Positions 1 through 12,567 of a DNA stretch of 64,000 nucleotides are shown here, piece after piece. The DNA comes from Octopus vulgaris. Its lineage: Eukaryota. Positions within the stretch are counted from its first letter, which is position 1. Each line of letters starts with the position of its first letter. The position numbers and the translations under genes were made by a program. The stretch lies in the NCBI GenBank assembly GCA_951406725.2, contig OX597834.1, positions 45,632,001 to 45,696,000 on the forward strand, read 5' to 3'. Below the pieces are notes generated by a model. It worked only from the letters and a program-made list of their open reading frames with translations, did no database searches and was not told the origin of the DNA.

Positions 1-4
1 CATA

Positions 5-435
5 AGGTGTTGAGCTGGCAGAATGATTAATGTGCCGGATAAAAAAATGCTTTGTGACATTTCTACCGGCTCCTTACGTTTGGGATTCAAATACTACCGA
101 GTTTGAAATTGCCTTTCATTCTTTCAGAGCGATAAACATAAAGTACCAGTGAATTACTGAGCCATATCCAATCGGTTGCCTCACCCCTCAAAATTGCTGG
201 CCTTGTGCCAACTTTAGGAAATATTATATAATATCTAACAGGAGGCCAGCTGGCAGGTTCGTTAACAAGACGGAGAAAGAGCTTAGAGACATTTCTTCCG
301 ACTCAGCACGTCATAGGTTCAAATTCTGCCGATGTCAACCTACATTTTCATCACTTCGAGGTCAATAATATAAGGGTCAATATAATCGTCTTACCTTTTC
401 CTGAAAGTTGCTGGCTTTTTGTGTGTAGTAGAAAT
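5..435 (+). mobile_element. Two diverged tandem copies of tRNA-derived SINE family A (approx. 5-222 and 241-435)
   Basis: gagctggcagaa head, g(a/g)ttcaaat B-box-like motif, gcctttcat core and aaattgctggccttgtgcc tail, all matching better-preserved copies at 18620-19008 and 24562-24984. Confidence 0.75.
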
Positions 436-456
436 ATAATGTAATATAATAGGTCA

Positions 457-765
457 TGTGGAGGTGCAATGACCCAGTGGTTAGGGCAGCGGACTCGTAG
501 TCAGAGGATAGCGGTTTCGATTCTCAGACCAGGCGTTGTGTTTATTGAACGAAAACATCTAAAAGCTCTTCGAGGCACCGGCAGGTGGTGGTGGCGACCT
601 CTGTTTTACTCTTTCGCCCCAACTTTCTCTCGCTCTTTCTTCCTGTTTCTTGAGTAGTGCGGCGATGGATTGGCGTCCCGTCCAGCTGGGGGGAATACAT
701 ACAGAAACCGGGAAACCGGGCCCTTGAGCCTCGCTAGGCTTGAAAAAGGGCGCATAAATAAATAA
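457..765 (+). mobile_element. tRNA-derived SINE family B (V-SINE-like central motif)
   Basis: Head with A-box-like gacccagtggttaggg and B-box-like gtttcgattc; gcgatggattggcgtcccgtccag motif; inverted copy at 19858-20162. Confidence 0.8.
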
Positions 766-785
766 AAAATAGATCATATGCTTAA

Positions 786-1186
786 AGGTATCGAGCTGGC
801 AGAATTTTTAGCATGCTGGGCAAAATGCTGGACGGCATTTTGTCCGTCTTTGCGTTCTGATTTAAAATTCTAAGGAGATATAAATTAAGCAGTAGGGTCG
901 ATGTAATCGGCTTACCGCTCTCCCTGAAATTGCTGATCTTCAGCCAAAACCTGAAACCAATATATAATATATTTCGTGTTGGGATGGCAGGACCGTTAGC
1001 ACGTGGGAGAAAATGCTTAGTGATATTTCTTCTGGCACTTTATGTTCTGAGTTCAAATTCCGCTGTGGTCGACTTCATCATTGAGACCTTCGATGTCAAT
1101 GAAATTAATACCAGCTGAGCGCTGGGATCGATGTAGTAATAACTTACTCTCTCCCCACCCCACAACTTACTGGCCTTTTACCAAAA
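786..1186 (+). mobile_element. Two further diverged SINE family A copies (approx. 786-960, 978-1186)
   Basis: gagctggcagaa / ttctgagttcaaattccgc / ggtcgatgtaatcg motifs shared with other family A copies. Confidence 0.7.
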
Positions 1187-1856
1187 GTAATATATGATAT
1201 ACAACCATTACAAACTTAGAGTAGTATATCTTGTATATTAACTAACTTCACTCTATTTCTGTTAGATTTGATATTTAATGTACCATTTTATTGTTCAACG
1301 TAAGTCTTAAATGGATTACGCCTCCTATATGTTGTAAACTAATGTTCAGCTGGTCTACGTTTAATAAGATTACACTTGCTTTTGTTATGTTACCCTCTGT
1401 TCCTATATTACTAAACTTACTAAACTCCTTAATATACGTTACAAAATATTAGTTTTCCTTCATAAATACATCCTTTTATCTTATTTTATAGTTAATTTTA
1501 AAACCCTCATTTTGATATCTTGTTACATCTTGTTCCACTGAACAGAATAAATTATTTTTTCTTCTACTGCTTCTCCGTTGCCTTTGATGATATTTTCTTA
1601 TTCCTTAGATTTTGTCTTGTTTTATTTTTCATCACACTTTTGCGTTGTATCTCTTTTATTTTTCTCCCTTTTCGTTTTTGGAAATAAATATTTCACCTTA
1701 TTATTTGAGTTATTTACTCATTCCTATTTCCAGTGTATCTATAATCAACTCTCCAAGTGTACATATGTTTGCTTATATATATATATATATACGTGGTGTT
1801 TCTCTGTGTGTGCATAAGCATACATATATGAATGTATATGTACGTTTAAATATATT

Positions 1857-1894
<38 letters not shown>

Positions 1895-1950
1895 CATATA
1901 TACATACAAACACACACATATATATCCTTTAAGTAAATCTGTATACCTGT

Positions 1951-2002
<52 letters not shown>

Positions 2003-2999
2003 ACAGACAGACAGGAAGACTCTTTGATACATAATTACATACATATATACATATGACCAATTCGCTTGAAATCACGTGTAAAAATACATCTACTTTCGCT
2101 CTTGTGTATATATACGTCTTTTGTGTATATGTACGTCTATGTGATTGTATATCAATAAGTATGTATATACTGCATATTGTTATGTATGTATATATATATA
2201 TATAGATGTATATAAATATATACTGTATATAAACATATATATACACGTATATATATAATGTATATCAATATGTAGGTATATATATATATATGTGTGTGTA
2301 CATAAATATATATACTTATGCATACGTTTGCATGTAAACACGTATATATTTACATATGTATAGGCACATATAGTTATATAAATCGTGATAGACATTATGT
2401 ATACACACACGCACATAAATATATATGTGCGTACATCGAACATGTAGGTATATGGCTTACAGCTGTATGTATGGAAATATTCTGCTAACTCCACCGTCTT
2501 TATTAATATTTCCATCTCCAACTTTATTAATAAAAATATTTCTTCTTTTAACACTGGTGTATCTACATTTAGTTTTTGCCTTCCGTTAGTCATATCGTAA
2601 CATTCTTATCAAAACAGCCAAATGTTCTCTGCATCCAGAACCTCAACACCACTTCATTGAGCTGATTCCAATCGATCAATACACCAAAAAAAAAAAGAAA
2701 TACACACACAGTAATTATTATTGTTTTATTACAACTTTTCTTTTTACTTATTGCATATTTTAGCGTCGTTTTTTTTTTAGGTTTAATTTTAGTCTTTTTA
2801 CTTATTGCATATTTTAGCGTCGTTTTTTTTTAGGTTTAATTTTAGTCTTTTTAATTCCATATAGTTTTTTTTTTCTAATTTAGATATTTCTTTGCTTACA
2901 GTTATAACTACGTATTATAAGAGATATCTGACATGTACAGTAAATTTTCATATTACTGGAATATATATTAGGAATTTTAATATGGTACTCGCTATACAT

Positions 3000-3043
3000 C
3001 CATATACATACATACACACACACACACATATATATATATACAT

Positions 3044-3093
<50 letters not shown>

Positions 3094-3308
3094 TTTATAT
3101 ATATATAAATATATATATACATATATATATTTATATATATATGTATAAATGTATATATATATATACATATATATATTTATGTATATATATATATATAAAA
3201 ATATATATATACATATATATATATTCATATACATATATGTATATATATATATGTATATATATGCATATATATATATGTATATATATATATGTATATGTAT
3301 ATATATGT

Positions 3309-3348
<40 letters not shown>

Positions 3349-3538
3349 GTATATATATGTATATATGTATATATATGTATATATATGTGTATATATATAT
3401 ATATATGTATATATATGTATATATATATGTATATATATGTATATGTATATATACATATATATGTATATATATATGTATATGTATATATTTATATATATGT
3501 ATATGTATATATACATATATATGTATATGTATATATAC

Positions 3539-3604
<66 letters not shown>

Positions 3605-3606
3605 AT
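3000..3606. repeat. Compound (TA)n/(TATG)n microsatellite, about 600 bp
   Basis: Direct inspection; source of the YIYI-type pseudo-ORFs. Confidence 0.95.
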
Positions 3607-3874
3607 TAGTGGCCCTATATAGATGCATAAGTGTGTGTGCAGTATCTAGTTTGTTTCCCAAACACGTGATTCAGTCCTACTGCGTATGACCATTTTCACG
3701 ATTCTCTCGCTATATGCACGGGCCTTCACAAGATTTACACGGGGATTACGTAGATGTGAACCGAACGAAGCTCGCCATATATATATATATATGTATATGT
3801 ATGTATGTGTATATATTTATAAATATATTTAAGTATATATATATATATAAGTATATATATATATAAGCATATAA

Positions 3875-4030
3875 GGCGAGGCTATGAGGTAAGAAACTTG
3901 CTTACCAACTAAATAGTTTCCGATTCAGACCCACTGCGTGGCACCTGGGGTTAGTGCCTTCTTCTATACCCTCGGGCCAAGCAAATCATTGTGAGTGACC
4001 TTGGTGGGCGGAAATTCAAAGAAGCCTGTC

Positions 4031-4107
<77 letters not shown>

Positions 4108-4365
4108 AGTATGTATGTATATATATATATATCTGTATATATGTATGCCTATATGTTTGCGTGTATGTGTTTGTGCCCCTTCTATCGCATGACAACCTAT
4201 GTTGGTATGTTTATGTCCCCGAAATTCAGCGGTTCGTCAAAAGGGACGACACAATAAGGACTAGGCTTATAAAGAATAAGTCGTGGGGTCGATTTGTCCG
4301 ACTGAAAGCGGTACTCCAGCATGGCCGCATTGAAAAGTCTGAAAGCAGGAAAAGAATAAAAGAAT
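3875..4365 (+). mobile_element. SINE family C (bipartite, with internal microsatellite)
   Basis: 5' half (3875-4030) and 3' half (approx. 4165-4365, ending aaaagaat repeats) match complete copies at 48088-48483 and 62380-62760; separated by (TA)n(GA)n. Confidence 0.8.
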
Positions 4366-6207
4366 TACAAAAAAACTGCTTCCCAGAAAAAAGTTACTAA
4401 CTTCCTGATAATGTATTTCATAACACATTTTTTTCAAAAATAATTTTTAATACATTTAAACGCATAAGGAACCCACTAGTGGGATTGAACACGCTACGCC
4501 ACTGGAAGTGAACGTTTCTATTAATTTCCATTTCCCTTCCAAATGTTTAAGTATTCTAAGTTTTTTGGATAATTTTTGAATCTTAAAAGTTGGCATTTTT
4601 TTATTGCTTACTAGGGGCTGCGTCTGCGCACTAGATTTTGGAAAATATTTGGATCTATACACAATGGTGCTAAAGTGTTTAAATAGAAATGTGAAATTAG
4701 TAACAATGAAAAGAATTTATTCCTTAGTAAAATTAGGAAAATATTTATGATTAAAGGGAGGTAATGATTAGGATAAGTGGCCTCAACTAGAGACTACTGG
4801 TCTGCCTTCGAGTACACCTAATTAGTGACCTGACAAGCCCAGCAGACAGCTAATTTTGCAACTAATTGGCTAAACAAGCTATTAATCAGTCAGCCCAGTG
4901 GTCAATTAAATAAGTAAAAGTAACTGTCCCTAATTAAATTAATGATTACAATTTATAATTAAAAATTAAAATACTTGCAGGCTCTTACTACAACTTGCTC
5001 ATGCATTCATACGCAAAAAACGTCAACATGCCTATACATGCGTATGCACAGAATTATGTAAATATCTGTATAAACATATAGACCTATGTACACTCACATA
5101 CAGCATCCACCCTCCCATGTACGCACATGCCTATTCACCCAATCAATTATAATAATATTATATTGTTATATTAACCCATACATGGTGACATACATTTGCC
5201 AGTTTCAACAATTGCCCCCCCCCCATGCAAGTATTAATGCACATGATAACAATATCAATAGCACGTAGATAAGTGCTAACTACAAAACAAAGATCACGCC
5301 AGTACATAGCCAGAAGAGGGTGTGGGGTGTAAAGTTTAGTATTAAATTGCTAAGAGATTATTTTGTTTGGCGGGGGTGGGTGGTAGTGAAGTGAGTAAAT
5401 CCCATAGGGATCTCCGTTAAATAGAAGTTGACCAATGCTGACTTAAAGTGGTCTAGGATAAACTAAAGTGACACAAACCAACTGTGAGTAGGGAATGTTA
5501 AATGATGTTACAGAATACAAACTCATTCATTATTATGGTGGAGGATCAAGATACTACTGGGGGATTTATGGTAGGAGAATTGATACCTGCGTACTTTATA
5601 GTCAAAATTTATGTTAAGAGTTAAGTGGACAGGCATTAAATAATTATAATAAGGCTTAAAGCTTATATTGAGGAGTCGTTAAATGATGGAGATGGAGTCT
5701 TAAAACTCAAATGCATTTAGTGTAAGGATATTAATGATGGGTTTCCTTAAAGGGACATAAGTATGTAAATCCATTAACCAAACTTTAATTGCACGGTAGT
5801 TTATGCCAGTATTAAGAATAGAATCCTACAATTTCTATGGTGAAAAACTATGGGTGTCATTAATGGAGAAGATGTATATTAGATGCGTAAAATTATTTAT
5901 ATCTAGAGAAAGCAAATTTACCCTTGTGAAGGCAGGCTTATTTTGCTCTTCCCTGGAGTTGAGTAGTGGAAGCCTACACTTTACTATGATAAACTTTTCA
6001 TTGATGCACAGGAGGCATTTCTTCTTTATTACATTGTATGAAGGTGAGGAGGCAAGTAATTTCTATTCTAAATCAAAAGTAATATGTTTATCTTTAAGCT
6101 CCCAAATATATTTACTGAATCTGGTCGAACTAATCTTATTTCTATTTCCGAAAGTGTATAGGTGCGCGGATAATATTCGCTTCATTTCGTTTTGGGTAAC
6201 CCTTATA

Positions 6208-6209
<2 letters not shown>
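4366..6209 (-). mobile_element. Penelope-like retroelement fragment (endonuclease end, then UTR/pseudo-LTR, then possible restart of ORF)
   Basis: GIY-YIG C-terminus at 6209-5893. The downstream extent to about 4366 is inferred from continuous non-microsatellite sequence and a basic ORF at 4662-4456. Confidence 0.5.
5893..6209 (-). pseudogene. GIY-YIG endonuclease C-terminus of a Penelope-like element (1 stop, 1 frameshift)
   Basis: Manual translation: YIRVTQNEMKRILSAHLYTFGNRNKISSTRFSKYIWELKDKHITFDLE*KLLASSPSYNVIKKKCLLCINEKFIIVKCRLPLLNSREE/ACLHKGKF. Matches the PLE pattern YIG.T...K.R...H...F, SKYIW.LK, C.LC..EK..I, LN.R.E..C.H. Confidence 0.85.
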
Positions 6210-6256
<47 letters not shown>

Positions 6257-6296
6257 ATAATAATTATTATCATTATTGCTGTCGTTATTATTATTC

Positions 6297-6455
6297 TTAT
6301 TATTCAGGTCACTGCCTGGAATCGAACTCGGAATCTTGGGGTTAGTAGCCCGTGATCTTAACCACTACGCCACGGGCTTGTGGCGTAGTGGTTAAGAGTG
6401 CGGGCTACTAACAACAAGATTCCATGTTCGATTCCAGGTAATGATCTGAATAATA
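6297..6455. repeat. Inverted repeat of two head-to-head tRNA-like units
   Basis: Arms about 76 bp around loop gggctt (6374-6379); each arm has tggcgtagtggttaag (A box) and gttcgattcc (B box). Confidence 0.85.
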
Positions 6456-6460
6456 ATAAT

Positions 6461-6552
6461 ACCGACTTGAAAATCTAACTTGTTGACACTTGAGGTCTTT
6501 AGGTGAGGCATGGAGTCACCTTGTACAAATGCATGCAGCGCAAAATTCAAAC

Positions 6553-6602
<50 letters not shown>
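6461..6602 (+). mobile_element. 3' UTR fragment of R4/Dong-type LINE with (TAA)n tail
   Basis: Reverse complement of 8693-8790, the 3' end of the RLE-LINE below; flanked by TAA repeats on both sides. Confidence 0.75.
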
Positions 6603-6606
<4 letters not shown>

Positions 6607-6901
6607 CAACAATATCAAAAATTGCCTTAGGAATGAGAACCCAGGTTCGAAATATCCCCAAGACTGGAGGGTATATCAGCCGAAACGTTGCGTTAACAAT
6701 AAACCAGATGAGGCCAAATATCCGTCAAATATAAATAATGTAAGTAATGTACATATTTCCTCATCTCTTAAATATAGAACTGAAGTCTACATTAATTCAT
6801 ATATTTGCTTTCCAGTGATTTGCCTTGAACTTCGCATTGCCTTGGTCTTGCCCACGATTCTTTATACAAAATATTTTACACAATGCTTCACAGCAACTTT
6901 T

Positions 6902-6949
<48 letters not shown>

Positions 6950-8317
6950 AAATATATACGTTTTATTTATTATTTTGCACATTACTTAATCATCGGTATA
7001 TTTTTTTAATTTAATATTTCTATTATACGTAATTTTCTAGATGGTGTAATTTAATTTTTCATTTTGAATTGATAACAGGTGGGTTTTTTTTCTAATTTAT
7101 ATATATATATATATATTATATTTTGTGAAATTTGATTTAGTATTTCTAAATTGAATTTTTCCATTTAAATTTGGAATCATTCCCTCAAATTATTATATAT
7201 ATATATATAAGGTGGCCTTCCTTACAGTTTCCGTCCACCAAATTTATATAGAAATCCCTGGTCAACCTGGGGCTTAAATAGAAGAAACTCGTACCAGGAC
7301 TTACCGACCGCCTGAAACCGAAAGTACATTCTTACAGAATGATATTGTTACCACACCAACTAAACTTATAGGTAAATGCGACCAGGATATCAGAGTCAAC
7401 GTCTGCTGTTTACCACGTCAATACATTTGACAGCTGCTTGTACATTAATATTAATTGCATTAATTTTTCCTTCTTTTCATTATGTAACTTGTATAACACT
7501 ACCAGACTAGCCTCATCAGCAAAAACCAGAGTTTAGATTAAACATTACATAACGTATTATGTAGAACATTGGTGATGCGTAGACGTCGAATCGGAAGGTG
7601 AACGGGAACAAAGAGCTGGCGGGGAAATCGTAGTGAAACAGAAAATCGTTATTAGCTCCAGAACCAGACAAAGAATCTAATTAATGGAGAATGATGAGGG
7701 GGTGAGGTTTACGAAGCAGCGGATGCCAGACTGAGATTTCGACAATGGGGATGCTATGAAAATTGTAATGTAGTGAAAAATGCTAACTCGCTGTAATTCA
7801 ATGACTGTAAAATACGGTCTAGAACACAATGCGCTTAGATTAGTAGGCAACTAGTATATTAAATACAAAGAGTTGTAAGCATTAGTAGTAACTAAGCCAG
7901 CAACATGAACAGTGGAAGTATCCGCAGCGAGTGGATGTGTACTGAGATAAGAATCTTAATGGCAATCGGGATATACAACAGAGCAATTAATTCCAACATT
8001 AAACGAAGCGAACATCTGCGCCGTAGATACACAGCAGTGCGACAGATTTTGTTTACAGAACAGTGACGGGTTTTTGCGTATAACCCACGAGTTCGAATTT
8101 TCCTCTAATTTCCTTTTCCGTCGCATTTTAATGCCGTATCGTTAATGCAAGAGTACCAAAGTCGACTGAATCGCCTACAACACTCAACCAAATACGTAGC
8201 TCTCTTAAAAGTCATCGTCCTTGTTGCTATTGTCGTAATCATCATCATCATCATCGGAGGTTTTCATCTATCCGTAAGGCTGCATCATTCATCTCTGCTC
8301 ATATTTTCTATTCTATG

Positions 8318-8538
8318 TACGGGGAGGTGCTGAAAAGTTCCTGGTTTTGGCTAAAAGAAAATACAGACGGATCAGTTAATTATGGTTTTATTGAACATTT
8401 TCCCCCCTCAGTTTCATGCATTCATTGCAGCGGTGTTTCAGTTTTCTAAGCCCTGTAAAGGAACTTGATAATTTGGGCCTCCAACCTGGCCTTTCTATAT
8501 ACCCTTAAATCCAGAAACTTTTCAGCAAGACATCTTAT
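8318..8538. mobile_element. mariner-derived MITE
   Basis: TIRs tacggggaggtgctgaaaagttcctgg ... ccagaaacttttcagca; second copy at 27945-28170. Confidence 0.75.
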
Positions 8539-8643
8539 ATAACTTTATCTCATTTTACTCTCATTTCATTCTTTCTCATCGTCTTTATATGTAAATTGTT
8601 AACAAGAATTTGAAATTGTCCCCGTCAAACGATGCTCTTGTGG

Positions 8644-8691
<48 letters not shown>

Positions 8692-8692
8692 C

Positions 8693-9850
8693 ATATGTTT
8701 GAATTTTGCTTTGTATGTATTTGTACAAGGTGACTCCAAGTCTCGCCCAAAGGTCTTAAGTGTCAACAAGTTAGAATTTCAAGTCGGTATTATGACTAGC
8801 TCACAATATTTATGGTTTGGCGCAGAGTAATGTTCTAGACAGTGTCTGTCAAAACATAAGAAAATTTTAAGCTTTTTTTAAAGTAATTTGATGATTAGAT
8901 GATTGTGTGATCTTGAGATGGCAGTAAAACGCGTTTGTTATTATGTACGTTTAAATGAAATTTTGAAAATATTCACAGATTAAAATGTTTTTCGAATCAC
9001 ATGGACAATATTTTTCTTAAGATATGAGCAGTTCCCACGATCAGTATTTTTTCCATTTCTGAATTTCTTGGTATCTGAGGTACGGAAATATCATCCCATT
9101 TTGCTATTATCCCTAGCGCACCTATGCCAAGAGGCACTGTTGTAGTCTTCGGGTTCCGCATTTTACTAATTTCTATTTCAAGATTGTTATGTTTGCTCAG
9201 TTTTTGTTAAGTCTTGGCAGATACATTTATGTCGATCGGCGCAATCTTACCGACGAGGAGGCAGGAACTTTGTCTGAAATCCTTCTGTATAATATCTGGC
9301 CCATTTGCATCTGTCTTTCTGTCAGTTTGTGCAGTAAAGCTCCAAATGTGTAAGATGTGATTATTTTCAAGCCCTGGGGATGGTTTGTATTCCCACCCGT
9401 TCTTATCATGGGACAAGTGCACGTCCTTCCATATTATCCAATAAATATACTGTGCCGCCCTATCACGTGTGTTGAGATACTCTGTAGGCGCATTGAAACA
9501 ACATGATTGATGGTTTCATTATATTGTTAACCTACACGACAGGATGGGCTGCTGCCATTCTTTGGCATGGTAGCTTTTTGGCATTGATTCTCGGATGTTA
9601 CGTTAAACACTCTATCTCTGATTTTAAGCCAGAAGACCCTAGCCATTTTTGACAAAGGGTTTTTCCAACATCAGCATTACTAGCTCTCTTTGGGTATTTG
9701 CTATTGTGAAGATTTTCGTGTTATTTATCCGTAAGAATATGTAAGGCAGCAGTTTTAGCAAGGGATTTCATACATTTATCTTTTTCTGTACTTGTTCCTG
9801 CGACATCTAATTCTGAGTATTACTGTATTAGGAATTCATTCACATATTTC
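8693..9850 (-). mobile_element. 5'-truncated R4/Dong-clade LINE (zinc knuckle + restriction-like endonuclease), degenerate
   Basis: Translation: ETINHVV..EYL..DRAAQYIYW..WSFTAQTDRKTDANGPDII..KTTTVPLGIGALG..GTAHILRKILSM*; bounded by (TAT)n at 8646-8692 and (TTA)n at 9855. Confidence 0.85.
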
Positions 9851-9882
9851 CTACTTATTATTATTATTATTATTATTAGTAT

Positions 9883-9912
<30 letters not shown>

Positions 9913-9914
<2 letters not shown>

Positions 9915-10320
9915 AATGAGAGCGCTGAGTACGCCATCAAAGTGACATCGGGTTACGAATATATGAAGCCCAATGTACCCATAATGACTACCAGTCAGCT
10001 AAGGGCACACCAGGCACATGTATCACAACCAAACATTCGGAACAGGGTGAGCGCATATCAAGATAAACAGCGCATGACCTTGCAGTTGGGACCAAGTTAG
10101 AATTTTCTTCAGGTCGAGAAGTGCATCCTACTCAAAATGTCCCAGAATAAAGGTTGTTTAAGTATGTTGAACCAAACACCCATGTTTCCAGGGGTGAATT
10201 ATTCAAACCCCAAAGAACTTCCTCTCAACACATGGCTATGATATTTCCTCTCTACTTCTCTTGAGACCAGAGATGCACATATCATTAGCTACTAAGGGAC
10301 ATGCTCAGTTGGTTAAGGTT
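9913..10320 (-). mobile_element. Unclassified retroposon with (AAT)n-type tail (family D)
   Basis: Homologous over about 400 bp to 46352-46760; both abut a (TAT)n tract on the same side. Confidence 0.7.
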
Positions 10321-10934
10321 ATTTTTTCTTTGCCAATGTGTTGATCTTTTCACTTAGGTCCATTGTTTTCAAATTCTTTGGTATCTTTTTTCTATTTTCT
10401 CAAACTCTTCGGTATCATATTTCTTCATGAATGCAGAATTGGTAGAGCAAGAAAGAAAATGCTCGTGGAAGGTAGAATGTTGATGCCTTTGCAAAGCCAG
10501 TAGAGATCCAAATAAATTTTTAGCAAACTGTAGCATGTGTAGAACATGATATAGAATATATTTTGTAGTATTTATTAGGCCAACATTTGTGTACTTAGCT
10601 AAAAAAGAAAATATTTTGGAGTTTCGATTGCAGTGTTCGATAAATTATAAACGGCAGTCAAATACGGGATTCGATTTATATCAGTGACATCGCTGTTCGA
10701 TAAGTCATAACCCTGTAACAACGACAAAAATCAAATATCGATATTTGATTGGATTTCATGACAGACTGTTATCTGTTACCAAAACTTCAGAGTATAAGAA
10801 AGAAAGAAACAGGTCATTTTCTTCAAATAATTTCTTCACTTTGTAATCTGTTATTTTTCTTTTTCTTTATATATACTTTACTCAATATATGGTGTCTACT
10901 GCGAATATACAAATATATATAAATATACATATAT

Positions 10935-10966
<32 letters not shown>

Positions 10967-11683
10967 CGATCAGTTCGCTTATTTTCTGGTTTGGTTGCAC
11001 TTCATAATAATATACGAGCTTCAGCTATCTGACTTTATATCATATTTCCGTTGAGTTGTTTTTGTTACTTAGTTTTCTTTCTTTTATTTTTAAATATTAT
11101 CGTATCTTATTCTTCGTTTTATTGTCGTAAAAATGTAACGCATCTTATCTAGGATGCTGGTCACCGATTTGTCCAAACTGGAGATGTTTTGAGTAATGTC
11201 AGAAAACGCTGCTTTAACTATAATGATGTTGTCAAATGTAACGGCCTGGCGGTGAAGTACGTGAAGCGAAATAGCATTCAATAACAATGAGTCAAATCCG
11301 TGTCGCTCACACCGATGCTATGTTATTTAACCGAGGAAGAAGGTCGCTCATAATGCAATAGTTCGATGATTGTAATCAATCATGCTATGACCATCCCGTT
11401 ATAACGGAGAAGGAACTACATCATCCAAAAGCTGCTTAACTCACTATGCTATATATATATGAAGGAGCGAAACTACAAGGGCTTTCCGGACTGCAGCTGA
11501 TGAGCTAATCGTCTGGGATTGATCCCTATACCTTGTATTTGTCGTACTTTTCCTTTATTGTATCATAGTCTATTTCTCCGCATCATATATATATAATGGA
11601 TTAGGGACTGCACTATCTCAAATCTACTCACCAGTTTATATAAAAAATCTAAATATATGCATGTATTCATTTACGTATATGTG

Positions 11684-11797
<114 letters not shown>

Positions 11798-11859
11798 TAC
11801 AAAGCTGGCTCTTTACAAATTATTTGTCTTACCATCCCTGTTGTATTCTTGTGTAACAT

Positions 11860-12035
11860 GGACTTGTTATGAAAGGCATTTTAAATTGTTAGAACAATTC
11901 CACCATAACTGCGTTCCTCGCATTTTAAAAATTAAATAGAGTTCTTTTACTCCAAACACAGATGTTCTTGCATCTGTATGCATCACATCATTTAAAGCTA
12001 TGATATTGAGGAACCATTTGAGATGGAGTCGACGT
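11860..12035 (+). mobile_element. RTE-clade LINE ORF2 fragment
   Basis: LEQFHHNCVPRILKIK*SSFTPNTDVLASVCITSFKAMILRNHLRW resembles RTE FH.RCLR.IL.I.W....N.EVL......I...I....LRW. Confidence 0.7.
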
Positions 12036-12074
12036 GATTGTCTTACCCCGCCTTGTGCCAAAATCTGAAATCAC

Positions 12075-12312
<238 letters not shown>

Positions 12313-12567
12313 TATTTAATTTCAATATTGTTTCCATTTCTTGCTGAGTGTCTTCCCGACGCTTAGGGCCAGAAAAGTATTGCACACATTGAAAGGACTT
12401 TAAAATAAACAAACCAGTGTGTTTCTTTACAAAATCAAAAAATATAGAAAGAAACAAACAAACAAACAGAGAGAAAAAAAAAAGAAAACTATTTGCAGAA
12501 GTTGTAATCGTTCTCTTAGCGACGAGATGGCAGACTTGTTGATCGTTTCTGATGTGAGGTTAAAAAT

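Noticed and set aside
2741-2852. Two-copy tandem duplication of about 52 bp
   Set aside because: Ordinary local slippage duplication in T-rich sequence
2892-3689. Longest ORFs in the track (YIYI, LSIY, HTHT, MYVC, poly-N/S/I types throughout the window)
   Set aside because: Translations of stop-free microsatellites; no protein-like composition
4790-4900. Possible variant hammerhead (CUGACUGA...CGAAG) on the minus strand of the Penelope UTR
   Set aside because: Core non-canonical at several positions and stem II not convincingly paired
4366-5890. Possible mitochondrial insertion (NUMT), suggested by AT-rich strand-skewed sequence
   Set aside because: No recognisable mitochondrial gene, rRNA or tRNA; contiguous with a Penelope endonuclease remnant
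6380-6445. Functional tRNA gene (also considered for SINE heads)
   Set aside because: A/B boxes present but no clean acceptor or anticodon stems; context indicates retroposon heads
11090-11290. Possible host exon in unique-looking sequence
   Set aside because: Short frames without recognisable motifs or a convincing splice-site pair
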